Source: Patescibacteria group bacterium
Lineage (GTDB): Bacteria; Patescibacteriota; Microgenomatia; UBA1400; MFAQ01
Assembly (NCBI GenBank): GCA_943355005.1
Contig: CALRDV010000003.1
Span: 8,590-72,589, forward strand
Length of the DNA stretch: 64,000 nucleotides
Direction of reading: 5' to 3'
The notes under the pieces were generated by a model. It searched no databases. It was not told where the DNA came from and worked only from the letters and a program-made list of their open reading frames with translations. Both the position numbers and the translations under genes were made by a program. Below are positions 61,981 through 64,000 of this stretch, piece by piece (position 1 is the first letter of the stretch; every line of letters starts with the position of its first letter).

Positions 61981-62733
61981 TCATCGAAGATAGAATGTCA
62001 AGAATTTCAAACCCGCCACGGCGCTATTGTGAGCGGCCGCGTCGTAGGTGGATTCGACTTTAACGCCATCAGCATCGTTACTAATCGAGCTAAAGACGAT
62101 GAATGGAACGTTGTTGTGTTTTTTGGCGATAACGGCGAGGTTATAAGACTCCATGTCTACAATACTCGCACCAGTTGCTTTGAACACATCGGGGCCGTTA
62201 GTCACGTACTCTTTGGCAGTGACGCCTGAGCTGGTGACTATCGCCAGTTGGTTGTCTTTTACGATTTGGATGAGGTTGTTTTCGATTTTAACTGAGTTTC
62301 CTGTGTGTTGTTCCGACCAGAATTCAGGCACAACCACACTAAGTATTTCGAGGTTTGAGTCTAAACCACCTGAAATTCCGACGTAGATAACAATCTGTAC
62401 ATCGAGGAAGTTGTTCAGGACATAATCCAGATCCTTTTCGGCACCCGGTCCAAAACCAGTCAAGTCGAAATAATTGAACTCAACACCGTAATACGATGCT
62501 CTGTAGACAGTGACATCGCCTGAGAGGCAGGTGGCAATCGGTGTGGCTGAATCTGAAATGGCTGCTAGTTCACGGCCAAGAGCTGTTACTACGAGGGGCA
62601 TTGATTCAAGGTAGAACTCTGAAGTGCAAGCTGTGATTTCCTGTGCAGGAGGCGCTTTAGGAGCGCAACCGGTAAAGAGAATCAAAAAAGCAATGATCAA
62701 GATAATCGTTTTGTGATTCATGTTAATGTCCAT
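61981..62733 (-). CDS. Lipoprotein with an MTA/SAH-nucleosidase (PNP_UDP_1)-like domain
   Basis: Lipobox FTGC; TAL.RE, TGFG, VGISGGL, IVDMES, SISNDAD; exact start uncertain. Confidence 0.75.
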   Translation of the reverse strand: MDINMNHKTIILIIAFLILFTGCAPKAPPAQEITACTSEFYLESMPLVVTALGRELAAISDSATPIATCLSGDVTVYRASYYGVEFNYFDLTGFGPGAEKDLDYVLNNFLDVQIVIYVGISGGLDSNLEILSVVVPEFWSEQHTGNSVKIENNLIQIVKDNQLAIVTSSGVTAKEYVTNGPDVFKATGASIVDMESYNLAVIAKKHNNVPFIVFSSISNDADGVKVESTYDAAAHNSAVAGLKFLTFYLR

Positions 62734-62845
62734 TTCTGAGGCATAGCCTCCTGATGTGAGATACGAGAATCCCATAGTATATCATAATTGAGGCTGTTTG
62801 TCAAGAAAATATGCGTAAATTGTGGGGTTTGGGGTAGAATAAAGC

Positions 62846-63607
62846 ATGGCAAAAGCAATATTTGATGGTAAAAAAGAGGCAGAACGAATGGCTGTATTTC
62901 TCGAGGAGTCGGAAAGACTCCTGGGGAAAAGTCTGGTGATATTTCAGTGCGATGGGCGTACGGATGAGAGTGCGTATGTGCGGCTCAAGCACGAGATGGG
63001 GGAGAGACTTGGGGTGATGGTGTCAGTCATATATGCTCAGGATAAGGAAGAGCTGAAGGAAATGCTTGCGTCTGCAAACGAGGATGATACAGTGGATGGT
63101 ATTTTGATACAGTTGCCGGTAGTTGGAACGGATAAGGCTGAATTGGAGAGTATTGTGGCTTCAATTAAGCCAAGTAAAGATGTTGATGGGTTAAACCCCA
63201 AAAGCAGATTTGTACCCGCAGTAATCAGAGCTGTGGAAAGGGTCGTGGAGATATTTAAGATTAGTGAAGATGATCGGGTGGCTGTGGTGGGTGCGAAAGG
63301 AGCGATTGGAAGCCGGCTTATGACTAGACTCCACGATCTGAATATTGAGCCTGAAGGGTTTGATAAAGGGGATGATCTTAAGAATCTTAAGGACTTTGAT
63401 GTAGTTATAAGCTGTACCGGTACGGTTGGGGTGATTACCGGAGAAATGGTAATGGATGGCTTCGTGGGCATAGACCTAGGCTATCCTAAGGGGGATATTT
63501 CGCCTGAGGCGGTCGAAAAGGCGTCTTTGATCACCCCTGTGCCTGGTGGCGTGGGCCCCATGACTGTAGTGGCTCTCTTTGAGAATCTCGCGGATACGGA
63601 GTATTAA
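62846..63607 (+). CDS. folD: Bifunctional methylenetetrahydrofolate dehydrogenase/cyclohydrolase
   Basis: YVRLK, VDGILIQLP, KDVDG, GDI, ITPVPGGVGPMTV. Confidence 0.93.
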   Translation: MAKAIFDGKKEAERMAVFLEESERLLGKSLVIFQCDGRTDESAYVRLKHEMGERLGVMVSVIYAQDKEELKEMLASANEDDTVDGILIQLPVVGTDKAELESIVASIKPSKDVDGLNPKSRFVPAVIRAVERVVEIFKISEDDRVAVVGAKGAIGSRLMTRLHDLNIEPEGFDKGDDLKNLKDFDVVISCTGTVGVITGEMVMDGFVGIDLGYPKGDISPEAVEKASLITPVPGGVGPMTVVALFENLADTEY

Positions 63608-63618
63608 AAAGTAAGACT

Positions 63619-63726
63619 GGATTCCGGGTCAAGCTCGCCTCGCTGAAGCCGAGTCGAAGCGGGCCCGGAATGACAGGTGGACAGGTTGATTGCCACGGCC
63701 GACCTAAAGTCGAGCCTCGCAATGAC
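63619..63726 (+). repeat. Composite repeat: family A palindrome with a nested insert, followed by a family B copy
   Basis: GGATTCCGGGTCAA[GCTCGCCTCGCTGAAGCCGAGTCGAAGCGG]GCCCGGAATGAC ... GATTGCCACGG..CTCGCAATGAC. Confidence 0.8.
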
Positions 63727-63774
63727 CAGGTATTAAAAAACTCCCCATCGCTTGACAGGGAGTTTTTGAGTGCG

Positions 63775-64000
63775 TTATCGTATTTGCAGGTACTCATCCT
63801 TCTTGCCTTCAGGCACGAAGTAGATGATGTGTTGATTGTTCAGCTTATCTTTATACAGCTGATAACAAGGTGAAATTTTATCCGTTTCCATGACTGTATG
63901 GGAGGCGAAGAAACCCAAGGCATCGCTGACAACACCGTTCTCGGTCTCAGAAGTTCTGTAGAAGATATTTTTGGCAACCACAGAACCTTCGTTTGCCGGA
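63775..64000 (-). CDS. 3' end of a hypothetical protein (starts outside the window)
   Basis: Frame stays open to the window edge; terminator hairpin at about 63736-63768. Confidence 0.5.
   Translation of the reverse strand, partial: PANEGSVVAKNIFYRTSETENGVVSDALGFFASHTVMETDKISPCYQLYKDKLNNQHIIYFVPEGKKDEYLQIR

Noticed and set aside
30000-63726. Palindromic repeats as a CRISPR array
   Set aside because: Dispersed rather than regularly spaced, and no cas genes present
1-64000. Alternative genetic code 25 (TGA read as Gly)
   Set aside because: Conserved genes are full length under code 11 and several end in TGA overlapping the next ATG

Overview
This window looks like chromosomal DNA from a small-genome Patescibacteria (CPR) bacterium, probably Microgenomates-like. 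That is inferred from gene content, compact overlapping operons and a tRNA-Arg(GCG); genetic code 11. Bases 1-12.6 kb hold a minus-strand cluster of paralogous glycosyltransferases and SAM methyltransferases. It lies directly downstream of a twin-arginine (Tat) locus: tatC, four tandem tatA-like genes (three missed by the ORF track), a membrane-anchored HTH protein and a membrane protein with an internal KR-x-FL Tat-like motif. Bases 15.8-25.5 kb hold a signalling cluster with one histidine kinase, one response regulator and two sensors without an output domain. Bases 25.5-30 kb hold three tRNAs, an HNH nuclease and a family of three zinc-ribbon paralogs. The rest is housekeeping genes (pyrH, elp3, rpmB, fmt, def, mreB/C/D, mrdA, topA, tmk, folD) mixed with single orphan genes. 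The most notable signals are: (i) two tandem ~540-560 nt non-coding, highly base-paired transcription units between mrdA and topA, each with its own consensus promoter and terminator; (ii) the expanded Tat locus with its internal-signal substrate and glycosylation genes; (iii) short palindromic repeats inserted in frame into elp3, topA, fmt and an O-antigen-ligase-like gene; (iv) an inverted mreC whose start codon overlaps that of mreD; (v) a G-U-rich hairpin RNA behind tRNA-Arg. All calls come from reading motifs by eye; no searches or folding programs were run.
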